This document shows, piece after piece, positions 1 through 20,437 of a stretch of DNA of 64,000 nucleotides. This DNA comes from Zootoca vivipara. Lineage: Eukaryota. The stretch lies in the NCBI RefSeq assembly GCF_963506605.1, contig NC_083281.1, positions 1,240,001 through 1,304,000 on the forward strand, written 5' to 3'. The position numbers were made by a program, and so were the translations under genes. The stretch's first letter is position 1. Every line of letters begins with the position of its first letter. The notes under the pieces were generated by a model. That model was not told the DNA's origin. It was given only the letters and a program-made list of their open reading frames with translations, and did no database searches.

Positions 1-419
1 GAAACATCCCAGGAGCCAATGCAGGACCGGTGTTATATGATCTCGGCGGCCGCTCCCAGTCCCCAGTCTGGCTGCTGCATTCTGGATTAGTGGCAGTTTC
101 TGGGTCACCTTCCAAGGTAGCCCCACGGAGAGTGCATGGCAGTAGTCCAAGTGGGAGATAACCGGAGCATGCACCACTCTGGCCGGACAGTCTGCGGGCA
201 GGGAGGGTCTCAAATGAAGCTGGTAGACGCCCTTCCTGGTTGCAGAGTAGTTGGGGGGGGGCAAGGTAGTCTTCCCTCCCACCTTTGCACAATTTAGGAT
301 TTGTCCCCAGCCACGACTGTGGGAATGAGTAGACCCCGAAGTAGATGTCTCTCTATTCCAACCCATGGGCTCGATCTGGTCTCATCCGACAAGACAAAAC
401 GCCGACCCAAGGGCCTTGA

Positions 420-8967
<8,548 letters not shown>

Positions 8968-9879
8968 CCCCGCGCGGGGGAAAAAAAGCATCCGGACTTC
9001 GGGAAGCCGAAAGGATCCTGCGAAAAATAGCGGCTTCCTCTTTGAATCCCCTTCTCTCCTGCTCTCTCTCTCGTCTTCCCCACCTTTTAGATCACACAAA
9101 ATGCCAACCTTCTCTTCCCCCTTTAAGCATTGAGGTTTTGGGCACCAACTGAATGTAGTTTTTTGTTGTTGTTGTTAGTAATCCTCTGCGGCAGGATGTT
9201 GCGAAACCGGGAAAGCTGCGCGCCAAGGCATCCGTTTCTCGCAGGGCTGCTCCAACGGTGCTAACTTCTCTCGATACTGGAAACGCACGTGTTTTGTGCA
9301 AAACCGAGGGGTGCGGGGAGCAGGGGCCCAGTTGAGGCGACAGGGAGACGGAGCTCTTGGCGGTAGTCGCAGCATTTTGTTTGCTGCTTTTCCCGCTGCC
9401 TGCAGTCGCAAAAGGGCGGGAAACTCTCTTGCAGAAGCACAAAGTTTATGCAGAAAGCCTGCACGTTCTGCAGGAAGACGGCTTTTTTCGCCGCCTTCCT
9501 CGTTTACAGAAAGTTCGTAGAACTGGAAGCTTACACATTCCATAGGAAGGCGAGATGTACTGGCTTCCTAGTTTACAGAACTGTGCCAAAATACTATTTC
9601 TTTGTGTATGTGTGTGTGTGTTTCGTCTCCTTGAACATCTTGAGAAGCAGACCAAAAAAAGAAGAAAAAAAGCAGGAGTCATTTCCCATTGGCCAATCTT
9701 AGGGTGCTCTGATGGGGAAATGGCGGATTCTGCACTTCTGTATTTATTATTATTATTTTGCAAGGAGGGTGGAAGGAAGGGAAACGGGCAACATGAATTC
9801 AATCACCCCATCCCGCTAAATGTATCCTGTTAACATGGCTATAGCATTTTTATTATTATTTTTAAGCTTTTCATCTAAT

Positions 9880-9885
9880 AATAAA
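9880..9885 (+). terminator. Poly(A) signal for TPM4 exon 9d
   Basis: AATAAA at the end of an approximately 900-nt non-repetitive UTR, followed by GT-rich sequence and then a CR1 fragment. Confidence 0.6.
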
Positions 9886-9940
9886 ACCTTTTCCCCCCCA
9901 ATACACATTTCCACTTTGTGGGGTATTTGTTAACATAATG

Positions 9941-10150
9941 AATCTAAACATTAGAAAGAACTTCCTGACAGTAAGAGCTGTTCGGCAGTGGAATTTGCTG
10001 CCAAGGAGTGTGGTGGAGTCTCCTTCTTTGGAGGTCTTTAAGCAGAGGCTTGACAGTCATCTGTCGGGAATGCTTTGATGGTGTTTCCTGCTCGGCAGGG
10101 GGTTGGACTGGGTGGCCCTTGTGGTCTCTTCCAACTCTATGATTCTATGA
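9941..10150 (+). mobile_element. CR1 LINE 3' end
   Basis: [16 protein letters not shown] end of ORF2 and (ATTCTATG)n tail. Confidence 0.85.
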
Positions 10151-11322
10151 ATCAGGGCCGGATTTAGGTTTGATGAGGTCATCATGGGGCCCAGCTGTCC
10201 TTTGTCCACAACAAATTGTCACTGTGCTTTGTGTTGAATGTATCCAAATGGTCGTTGATGGACCTAATAGGGATCTTAATCCATTTGCCCATGTGGCCAT
10301 GCAACCAGTCCATGCAGAATGTAGGCACCCTATATATAGAAAGGAGCAGAGCAGTGATATTTGAGGGAGCAGGCTAGCAGGCAGGGCCCATGACTACAAT
10401 CCGAGGAGCCTACACCACACAAAACACAGTGGCTGTAGGTAGGTTTAATTTTATTTGTTTTTTATCTTATATTTTGGAAATGTACATCCAGGTTTTATTC
10501 CCCCCAAGAGAGGGGCGCTAAGCTATCACTTGTTTAGCTTATACGTAAATCCGGCACTGTAATGAATATAGATTTAGTGCTGGAATAAGAGGCGTTCCCT
10601 TCCCTGAACTGGACAGGGAGCAGCCGCAGCGGTCAAGGGAATGACAAACCGCTTGCTGTTGTTTTTTTTTGAAACTCTGGAGAGTTGGAGACATCCGGCC
10701 GGCCGGATCAGCTGCAGAACGAGAGGAACGACGTTTCTTTGGCATTTCAGACTCTTTCTAGGTCATCGGCAAATGCGTTTTGGTGGGGAGATGGGAGGAG
10801 AGGCTCTGCTGATCTCATCAGAAGGTGGTTCCACCCAGCGGGGTTGGCATTGCTGCTGGTGGAAAGTATTTTACGTAGGAAGCACGAGAGACTCGAGAAA
10901 TGATTCCCAAATGCTGGGTATCTTCAGGCAATAAATGCTGCTGCAGCTGCCGTCTACCACAGCCTCCCTGGGGGGGAAAGGGATCCTCGATTTGTGTCCT
11001 TTTCAAGGTTCCGCTTACTGAATACATACCTCGGGTTACAGACGCTTCAGGTTGCGCATTTTTGGGTTGCGCACCATGCCGAACCCGGAATTACCAGAAC
11101 GGGTTACTTCCGGGTTTCGGTGATCATGCATAGGCAGAGGTGCTATGCGCAGAAGTGCCGAATTGTGACCTGCGCATTGCAAACGTGCCTCCCGCACGGA
11201 TCATGTTTGCAACCCGAGTGTCCACTGTAGTGCCAACAAGGCCCTCAGTGACTTTTGGAAGGCTTAAACAAGAATAAAACCACACCTGGCTTTGTTTTGG
11301 AGGCAGCTATCTGAGGCTGAGA

Positions 11323-11836
11323 GGGGATGCGGGTGGCGCTGTGCATTAAAGCACTCTTGGGCTTGCTGATCAAAAGGTTGGCGGTTTGAATCCCCGCGAC
11401 GAGGTGAGCTCCCGTTGCTCGGTCCCAGCTCCTGCCAACCTAACAATTCAAAAGCACAGAGTGCAAGTAGATAACTAGGTACTGCTCTGGCGGGAAGGTA
11501 AACGGCGTTTCCGTGTGCTGCTCTGGTTCGCCAGAAGTGGCTTAGTCATCCTGGCCACATGACCCGGAAGCTGTACGCCAGCTCCCTCGGCCAGTAAAGC
11601 GAGATGAGTGCTGCAACCCCAGAGTCGGTCACGACTGGACCTAATGGTCAGGGGTCCCTTTACCTTTATTATTATTAATACTATTAATATTATTGAATTT
11701 GTTTATTGCCCTATATCTGCAGGTCTCAGGGCAGTCGACAAACAAATAAATCACAATATTAAAACACAAAATACATAACAACAACAAACAACAACAACAC
11801 AAAAAACAAGACGGTCAGGGGTCCCTTTACCTTTAC
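11323..11836 (+). mobile_element. Sauria SINE with an insertion in its tail
   Basis: Body 11323-11667, duplicated tail 11812-11836; flanking CTGAG(G/C)CTGAGA duplication. Confidence 0.8.
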
Positions 11837-12522
11837 CTGAGCCTGAGAAACAGTGGTAAGGAAAGACATGGATGGGGGCCCTTTAACGAGTATCAGAAGC
11901 CAGAATGTTGGTGTACGCACCCATTTTCATTTTTTTACAGTGTTAAAATTGATTGAGGGACCCCTGTGTCTGTTTCCTTTAGTCTGTGTCCTTTTCAAAC
12001 ACACAAGCGAGTTTGTGTGTTTCAGGACAAGGCTGATGTTGACTTAGCCACACCTGAAGCTGGCTCTGCCCAAAGGTGGGTCACTTCCACGTTTAAGAAC
12101 AGCAACGAGGTCAAGTTCGTGTAAAAGGAGCCGTTTGCCTTTTGCTCAAAAATACGTTTGTTTGCCTCTTTGGACAGAGAGAGACGCTGTTTTTCTGTGT
12201 TTTAAATTTTCTTCAGGAGCAGTTTTGGTTTTAAAATGTTTAACGAGTCCCCGTGTGCTGGGCTTTCCGAGTCAAGTGCTGAGGGGAGAAAGAGCCATGC
12301 ATTTTGATTGTTGGTTTAATAAAAACGATGCAAATAGGCGTTATACGTCTTGGCAGCTGTCCCTAGTTATGTTCATCTAGGAAGAAGGGGAAACGCCCTC
12401 AAATGCAGGGCAGCAGTCGGGAGGAGAACAGATGAGCTGGCGGTAAATAAAGCAAAATACATTAACCATTTAGTCACAGAATCCTGATCAAGCCAAACAT
12501 TTTATATATGGCCTTCCTGGCC

Positions 12523-12528
12523 TTTATT
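12523..12528 (-). terminator. FAM32A poly(A) signal
   Basis: TTTATT on + (AATAAA on -) about 265 nt past the stop codon. Confidence 0.6.
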
Positions 12529-12791
12529 TAACCTGGAGTCGGAGATAAAATATGATATGATAAAATAACGGAAACATCCAATGGAGATTTTCGGCAGTTA
12601 AATAAGAGCGGCCATTTACTTGAAGGTGTAAGATCCAGACGTTTAATCTTCTTTAAAACACAAGTTTAATTGAACCAGTTACAGAAAGTTGTGCTGAACA
12701 AGGTCCCCAGAAACGGTCCCGTCTGCTGAGTTGTGCCCTTTCAGCAAAACGAGACAAGCCTGGGAAGCAGGGGAAGCAAAACAAAAATGGC

Positions 12792-15700
12792 TTATTTCGT
12801 CCAGCTGACTTTTGGGATGTCGTAATGCTCTGTCAAGGTGTCCAGGTGCCGATTAAAATCCTAGGAAGGGAAAGGGGAGAGAGATGCAAAATCAAGGCAA
12901 CCGAAGCGGCTTCAATCATCTCGGATTATATTTTAGAACCCACATTTAATTGTGTAACTATCAAAATACACCAGAATCAGTGGGTTTTGTCGCTCAGTTC
13001 AGCAGGCTCTGAACAAAGTGGGCACAGACCAAGGCAGTCCAACACACACAAACACAAAAAGCTTTCTTTAGCGCAGGGGTCAGCAAACATTTTCAGCAGG
13101 GGGCCGGTCCACTGTCCCTCAGACCTTGTGGGGGGCCGTACTATATTTTGAAAAAATATATATGAAATTCCTATGCCCCACAAATAACCTAGAGACGCAT
13201 TTTAAATAAAAGGACACATACTACTCATGTAAAAACACCAGACAGGCCCCACAAATAACCCAGAGATCCTTTTAAATAAAAGGACACATTCCACTCATGT
13301 AAAAACATGCTGGTTCCCGGACCTTCCGGGGGCCAGATTTAGAAGGCGATTGGGCCGCATCTGGTCCCCGGGCCTTAGTTTGGGGACCCCTGCTTTAGCG
13401 CCTCAGCCCTTGCTTCCCCCCCCCAGGACTAATTGCAGTCATCAGCAGTCGTTAACAGCCATCTACAGGTTTACCACTCCCATCAGCCCATCACCCATTC
13501 CCACCCACCCCCACCACCCTCTGCATATATATAAGGGTCTGACACTTCTGTTTCAAGTGTATCTGAAGAAGTGTGCATGCACATGAAAGCTCATACCAAA
13601 ATAAAAACTTAGTTGGTCTTTAAGGTGCTACTGAAGGAATTTTTTTATTTTACACACAAACATGTATGCCCATTTGTTTGGGGCTTCCAATTATCCGTAC
13701 TCTATAATCCCATTTTCTGCAGCCAAATTCTGCCTCAAGGGATAATCAATGGGGGGGGGGAACCCTCTTGTGCTTGCTGAGTTGCACAATATGTTGTGGT
13801 CCACTTCACTTTCCCCCGGCACCTCGCTCTCATTCCCCAGAGCGCAGCGGCCATTATGCCTCCCTACTTCAGGGAAGCCTGATCAATACTAACGGGAGGC
13901 AGATTAGCCCCGCGTTCCAGTTGGCCACGGCAAGAAAGCATAGCTTTCCGGGCACATCGCTGATGCCGGCTTGTGTGTGGCGGGTGAGCCCTTCTCTGCA
14001 AGCAAACTGGTTAGATTTGACAGCAATTCAGAGCACCGCTTGCAGCCCAAATCTGGCTATAAGAACGGGATTCGTGGGGGGAGGGGAAGAGGATGCCGAT
14101 TTTCACAAAATGTGCAAAGTTAGAAACCGCTTCTGTACAAAATACATTGCAGAGGGGGAGACACTGGCCAAGTAATTACCAGTCTGCTGGCTAGACACTA
14201 ACTTCAAGGCCCTAGCCTGCCAAACAGAAGGACTTTCCTCTGTAACGAAGGGCGCACAGCCACCTTGAGGCGAAGGAGGAGACGGGGAAATTCTCTCTCC
14301 TGACATTTGTGGATGACAACCCGGCGGAAAACCCCAACCCCCCCCACCTCTCTCTTCAAGCCTCGTCCCAGTATCCCTGAAGGAGCGTCTCCATTCCGGA
14401 CACGGGGGTCCATCTCCTTAGGGCCTTCTGGCAGTTCCCTCCCTGCGAGAAGTGAGGTTTCAGGGAACCAGCCCGCCCTGTGGAACGCTCTCCCATCAGA
14501 TGCCAAGGAAATAAACAACTATCTAACTTTTAGAAGACATGTGAAGGCGGCCCTGTATTGGGAAGTTTTTAATCGTGTTTTTAATATTCTGTTGGGAACC
14601 GCCCAGAGTGGCTGGGCAGGCCCGGCCAGATGGGGGAGGTATAAGTAATAAATTATTTTAAAAATCCCTTCCAGTAGCACCTTAGAGACCAACTAAGTTT
14701 CTCATTGGTATGAGCTTTCGTGTGCATGCACACGTCTTCAGATATACAAATAAATTCTTCTTCTTCTTCGAGCTGTACATGGAGGGGGCCACAGGGCTCT
14801 GAGGTCAGGGATGCCATGCTCAGCATGCAGACGGTCCCTGGTTCCACATTGCGGCTGAAGGACCCCGAGGCAGTAAGTGTTAACAAGGAGACAGACCTTC
14901 TCTGTCTACAGGATCCCTCACCTCTTGCCTTGCCCCTTCTCCTTCCCAGAACCTCTCCCCCCCCCACTGGCTGTCGGAGCAAGCATGTCAAGGTAGCATC
15001 TCTCCCGTGGGGCAGCGACTCACCTCGACTCTCTGCTTGTGGGTTTTGGATGCTTTCTTCAGGATCCTCTCTATTTGCTGCAGGGCAGAGGGAAAAAGAG
15101 GAGTGGTCACTTTTGTTCCTCCAAGGGCTTCCTCGGCCCACCTCCCCTGAAGCCATTTTGACAGACCTCAAATATTTCTCTGCAAAACTTTCCAATGGGC
15201 TTTGGACTGTAGGGGCTTACACCTCCCTTTTCAAATGCAAGTATCTGTTAAGCTGAGAACACTCTCAATATGCCCAAGAAGAGATTCAGGAACTAAGTAT
15301 TGACCATCTCCAAGGAATGGCCAGGCTACCCAGAAAAGGGAATTGATAAGGTATGATCAGATATCCTGGCAGACAGGAGAGAAGCAACACACTCCCATTT
15401 CTGCTGGGGACCACCTCTTTCTGTGATGTATGCCTGAAGTTTTGGGGGGTGGTCTCGAGCTACAGCGGAGGCAATTTCAAAAGTCTATATAAGAGCTTGT
15501 ACACCAATGTTCTGGGTTCCTTTCCTCCCTTCCTGCATGGGGTGAGCGGGGGCCCCTGTTGCAACAGTTTAATAAAGATCAAGCTTACTAGCTGCTTTGC
15601 TTCTCAATATTCTCCGCTTGGCCTCTGTTATTTTCTCTTACCGATAGGGAACCAACATAAGGACTCTATACGGGCTCTTGGTTACCCGACAAGGGAAAGA

Positions 15701-17751
15701 GAGCTCTATACGGGCTCTTCGTTACCCCACAAGGTGTTTCTTATAACACCTGCTTCTGGGTGAAGCAGCCGAGGGGTGCAGAGAAACTGCTCCCCCTCGC
15801 CTGCTTCCGGCAAACACCCACCCGCTTCTCCTGCATCTTCTCGTAGGCCAGCTGCGCTGGGGTCCTCTTGTCCAGGGCACGCTTTTCCTCCTCTTCCTCC
15901 TCCTGCATCTTGCTGCTCACTATCTGGTCCACGATCTTGCTTTTCTCCTTATCTTTCTTTTTCTTCCTGCAAACAGAAAAAGAGACCTGCGTTTGAAGGG
16001 CGGTATATAAAATTTTATTTATTAGGATTAGTATGAGCACAGGCGCACTGGGCCTGCCAAACCCTTCCCAAGGGGGGGGGCAGTCGGTGTGGTGTCCCCC
16101 AGATATGCCCCCCCAAATTTTCTGTGTAATTTTATTTGTAGGACATAAAAGAAAAGATTGTGCCGGGGAACGCTTCTCCAACTTCTTACAACGTCGCCTC
16201 TCTCTTTTTGATACTGTATCTAATACGTAAATGCACAGATCGAATTGCAAGCTACTTCCTTTTCTCTCTCACATACACATTTATTTTTACCGTACTTTTC
16301 TGTCTATAAGACTAGGTTTTTTTTAAAAAAAAATTTAAAAATAATGTTAAAAAGGGGGAGTAGTCTTATACACGGGGGCAATCTCCCCCCATTTTCTTAA
16401 TTTTGAGCCCCCCCAAATAGGGGGCATGTTATACACAGAAAAATACGGTATTTGATGACGTAATACTAATAAATAATAAAAAATGTGCGCCCCACCCCAG
16501 GATCATTCCCTTGTAACTATCCAACCTCCCCAAAACACCTCTTGTGACATTGGTCTGACCCCTCTTTCCGTTTCAATAGTACAAATTCCGTAAACGTCTC
16601 GGCTGTTATCTCCCCGGGTTTCTCTCCCCCCCCCTTTCATTTACGTCTCACCATGTTTAGTGAGTGTGTATTAATCATGTCCTTTTTAACCTTTACAATA
16701 AAGAGGTCTGGTAAAAATGAAAATTAAAATAAAATACGCCTCCTGCCCATGTCTCCTCAAAATCATGTCTCCTGCATATCCCGAGGCAGAGGGCCTTCTC
16801 AGTGGTGGCGCCTGCCCTGTGGAACGCCCTCCCATCAGATGTCAATAAACAAATAAACTACCGTGTTTCTCCGAAAATAAGATACCGTCTTATATTTATT
16901 TTTCCTCAAAAAACAACACATTATGGCTTATTTTCCGGCATTGCTGCTGCGCTTATTTTCAGGCATCACTATGTCTTATTTTCGGGGTATGTGGCTTATA
17001 TGGCTTGTAGGGAAACAGGGTACTATCTGACTTTTAAAAGATATCTGAAGGCAGCCCTGTTTAGGGAAGTTTTGAATGACTGAAGTTTTAATGTACTTTT
17101 AATCTTTTGTTGGAAGTCACAGAGAGTGGCTGGGCTTCCCCAGCAGGGTATTATTATTACGTATTGGGCAGGGCATCATCATCATCATCATCATTATTAT
17201 TATTATCCCCTGGTATTTTTTTTAAAATAAAACATTTTCCGTGTCCTGCATATCCCCTGTCTTAACTTTAATAAAGCATGTCAATTAATCACGAACAGCT
17301 ATATCTTCTTTTAAAGCAGGCACCCCCAGGCTCGGCCCTCCAGGTGTTTTGGGACTACAACTCCCATCATCCCTGACCACTGGTCCTGTTAGCTAGAGAT
17401 GATGGGAGTTGTAGTCCCAAAACATCTGGAATGCCGAGCCTGGGGGTGCCTGTTTAAAAGCCATCTAGGCTGGCAGCCACCCCCCTTTCCTCCTGTGGCA
17501 GGGAGTTCCGCAGGCTCCTCGGGCGCCATCCCTCCCCGCGCGTGCGCACAAGCGCTTTATAAGTCCTAAGTGCCTTATAGCCCGCTCGTCGGAAAGCAGC
17601 AGGAAGTCCCTCCCGCGCGACCGGAAGCTTCCTTCTAGGAGAATCCCGGGGCGTCTCGCTCTCCCCCTCACCGCTTCCCTGCGGGGGACACCCCGACGCC
17701 GCCCTTCAGGCGGAGAGCTCCCCGCTGGACGGCCTCGTACTCCGACGACAT
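12792..17751 (-). CDS. FAM32A: Protein FAM32A (115 aa)
   Basis: Exons (minus) 17751-17672, 15966-15822, 15077-15024, 12860-12792, all GT-AG and in phase: MSSEYEAVQRGALRLKGGVGVSPAGKRKKKKDKEKSKIVDQIVSSKMQEEEEEEKRALDKRTPAQLAYEKMQEKR-QIERILKKASKTHKQRVE-DFNRHLDTLTEHYDIPKVSWTK*. The C-terminal half matches FAM32A. Confidence 0.96.
13074..13392. mobile_element. hAT-type MITE
   Basis: CAGGGGTC...GACCCCTG with perfect 8-bp TSD CTTTAGCG; family also at 39603-39926 and 62560-62883. Confidence 0.85.
13420..13652 (+). mobile_element. Penelope-like element terminal-repeat (pLTR) remnant
   Basis: TATATAAGGG upstream of the hammerhead motif, followed by TTAGTTGGTCTTTAAGGTGCTACTG also seen at 14665-14745 (-), 35642-35700 and 49981-50079. 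Confidence 0.6.
13559..13596 (+). ncRNA. Minimal hammerhead ribozyme motif, copy with a G-U wobble at the base of stem II
   Basis: GTATCTGAAGAAGTGTGCATGCACATGAAAGCTCATAC; one C>T change relative to the 49981 copy. Confidence 0.6.
14708..14744 (-). ncRNA. Minimal hammerhead ribozyme motif, sense to FAM32A intron 3
   Basis: Minus strand reads TATCTGAAGACGTGTGCATGCACACGAAAGCTCATAC. Confidence 0.6.
15250..15748 (+). mobile_element. Solo LTR-like element (5' boundary uncertain)
   Basis: Aligns with 36850-37500; TATATAA, AATAAA, ends CTTATAACA. Confidence 0.55.
16290..16448. mobile_element. Tc1/mariner-superfamily MITE
   Basis: TA|CCGTACTTTTCTGTCTATAA...TTATACACAGAAAAATACGG|TA; a similar element at 16861-17020. 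Confidence 0.7.
17317..17452. mobile_element. Short palindromic hAT MITE in FAM32A intron 1
   Basis: CAGGCACCCC...GGGGTGCCTG, near-perfect 8-bp TSD. Confidence 0.8.
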
Positions 17752-18125
17752 CCTCCTTCGCTTCGGCCTCCTTCTTTCCTACCGCTCCGTCCTCCACTTC
17801 CGGGTGTCGGTATAAACTTCCGGGGCAAATGGGTTGTGTGGCGTACCGCGGGAATGAACTTCCGGGGCAAATGAGTAACGGTCCTTGGAGAGAGCATGGA
17901 CTTCCGTTGGAGAGGGAAAGTGAGAGTGACACCCTAGAGCGGCTTCCGGGCTTCTCTCGCCGCAGAGACTCTAATACAGTACGCTTTTGTCGCGCCGAGA
18001 GTCTCTCTCCAGACGCACTGCGCATGCATGGCTGCCGCGGTGCTCGCCGGGAGCTGTAGTCCTCTGTGCCGCGCGGCACATGCGCAGTTTTTTTCTTCCT
18101 TCCCGCGGTGGGTCTCGAGCGGGTC
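17752..18125. promoter_or_regulatory. Bidirectional CpG promoter FAM32A/TIMM13
   Basis: 374 bp between divergent ATGs; several ETS/GABPA cores (ACTTCCG at 17796, 17816, 17858, 17900), NRF1-like TGCGCATGCA at about 18019, ZNF143-type motif 18035-18062 (GGACTACAGCTCCCGGCGAGCACCGCGG on -). Confidence 0.85.
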
Positions 18126-20251
18126 ATGGCGTCAGGCAACGGGGACTTCGCGTCCGGGGGTCGCCTGGATCCCGGGGCTCTGATGGAACAGGTCAAAGTG
18201 CAGATCGCCGTGGCCAACGCGCAGGAGCTGCTGCAGGTGACCGGCGCTGGGAAGAGAGGGAAAGAGAGCCTCCCTGGCAGGAGCAGTCTACCTTAGGGGG
18301 GAAGGGAGGAAGGGAGGAAGGAAACGGGGCCTAGGAACCAACGCCCGGGGGGGTCCCTTTCGCATCCCCCACCCCATGAAATATTTGAGGGGTTCTGGGG
18401 CCCCAATAAGAGCGCTGAGGGGTCTCAAATCCCCCTCCCAAAAAGAGGGTGGGCATTGCCATTCAAATTTTTGTTGGGGTGGCCCAGCCAAAGTTTTTGA
18501 GCTTTTTTTAAAAAAAGGAAATCAAAGTTGTTCTTATTTATTAATACCCAGCCCATCTGGGCAGCTTCCAGCAAAATATTAAAATACAAACAAACAATGG
18601 AGTACTTCCAATTCTTTTTAAAAAATGATTTTCTATTAAAGCTTTTCTTGGCTTACAAGAAAACCAAGATTGACTGCGCAAGGCAGGGCTTCTTCCCACC
18701 TCCAATATTTAATTCAAGCTTGCCCCCCCCCCCCCGGAAGACTAGACCGACCTCGCAGCCTGCTGGCCTTCTTTCCTTTCTGGAGTAATAGAGTGGGACC
18801 CTCCTTGACCTTCAAACGCCAATGCAGGGGAGCGCCGGATTTCAGGGGGGGGGGTCTGCAGCAGGCGCCCCGACTAGGACACCCAACGGAAGGCGAGAGG
18901 TGGGGAGGAGCAGGTTTTGGCGGCGCACGGGGCGCCCCCGAAATTTAAGACCTCAATGTCCATCACTGTTAACCCTGTCTCTGTTCTTACATTCAAACTT
19001 TTCCTTTCCCCGTCCTTTGCAGAGGATGACGGACAAATGTTTCCGGAAGTGCATTGGGAAACCCGGGAGCTCTCTTGACAACTCCGAGCAGGTGAGGCTA
19101 GCTGCCTATNNNNNNNNNNNNNNNNNNNNNNNNNNNNNNNNNNNNNNNNNNNNNNNNNNNNNNNNNNNNNNNNNNNNNNNNNNNNNNNNNNNNNNNNNNN
19201 NNNNNNNNNNNNNNNNNNNNNNNNNNNNNNNNNNNNNNNNNNNNNNNNNNNNNNNNNNNNNNNNNNNNNNNNNNNNNNNNNNNNNNNNNNNNNNNNNNNN
19301 NNNNNNNNNNNNNNNNNNNNNNNNNNNNNNNNNNNNNNNNNNNNNNNNNNNNNNNNNNNNNNNNNNNNNNNNNNNNNNNNNNNNNNNNNNNNNNNNNNNN
19401 NNNNNNNNNNNNNNNNNNNNNNNNNNNNNNNNNNNNNNNNNNNNNNNNNNNNNNNNNNNNNNNNNNNNNNNNNNNNNNNNNNNNNNNNNNNNNNNNNNNN
19501 NNNNNNNNNNNNNNNNNNNNNNNNNNNNNNNNNNNNNNNNNNNNNNNNNNNNNNNNNNNNNNNNNNNNNNNNNNNNNNNNNNNNNNNNNNNNNNNNNNNN
19601 NNNNNNNNNNNNNNNNNNNNNNNNNNNNNNNNNNNNNNNNNNNNNNNNNNNNNNNNNNNNNNNNNNNNNNNNNNNNNNNNNNNNNNNNNNNNNNNNNNNN
19701 NNNNNNNNNNNNNNNNNNNNNNNNNNNNNNNNNNNNNNNNNNNNNNNNNNNNNNNNNNNNNNNNNNNNNNNNNNNNNNNNNNNNNNNNNNNNNNNNNNNN
19801 NNNNNNNNNNNNNNNNNNNNNNNNNNNNNNNNNNNNNNNNNNNNNNNNNNNNNNNNNNNNNNNNNNNNNNNNNNNNNNNNNNNNNNNNNNNNNNNNNNNN
19901 NNNNNNNNNNNNNNNNNNNNNNNNNNNNNNNNNNNNNNNNNNNNNNNNNNNNNNNNNNNNNNNNNNNNCAGGGGTCTCAGGGCGGTTCACAGAATAAAAT
20001 CAACATCTCAAACAACAAAATACATAATTAAAAACAACAACCCAATTGCACCCCCTTTACTCAGCTGATGACACCCAGATCTATCTGTTGATGGAGACTT
20101 ACAGCCTGTTCCTCTTTCCTGACTCTCCTTTCCTGTTCTTCTCCCTTCTCAGAAATGCGTTGCGATGTGTATGGACCGGTACATGGATGCCTGGAACACC
20201 GTCTCGAGGGCCTACAACTCCCGGCTGCAGAGGGAGAGAGCCAACATGTGA
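18126..20251 (+). CDS. TIMM13: Mitochondrial import inner membrane translocase subunit Tim13 (92 aa)
   Basis: Exons 18126-18236, 19023-19091, 20153-20251: [92 protein letters not shown]; twin CX3C motif of small Tims. Confidence 0.97.
19110..19968. other. Assembly gap in TIMM13 intron 2
   Basis: Run of N. Confidence 0.99.
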
Positions 20252-20366
20252 TCGGTGGCAGTGGGGTTACTGAGTTGCCCCATCGTGGACTTGGGTCGAG
20301 GGATGCTGGGCATCCAGCAAGGTGGTTTAATTTAGAATGGGCAGGATTTTGGTCCAGGTGGCAGCA

Positions 20367-20372
20367 AATAAA
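20367..20372 (+). terminator. TIMM13 poly(A) signal
   Basis: AATAAA 115 nt after the stop, followed by a GT/T-rich downstream element. Confidence 0.7.
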
Positions 20373-20437
20373 ATGACAAACCTGTGGCACCGCCTCCTGC
20401 CTTCGTTGTTTTGCCTTGCATTGTCTAGGCGCTCGGC

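Noticed and set aside
17465-18217. 250-aa minus-strand ORF
   Set aside because: Read-through of a GC-rich bidirectional promoter, out of frame with FAM32A; no recognisable homology.
18822-19997. 391-aa and 294-aa ORFs
   Set aside because: Artefacts of translating the N gap; only 19023-19091 is coding (TIMM13 exon 2).
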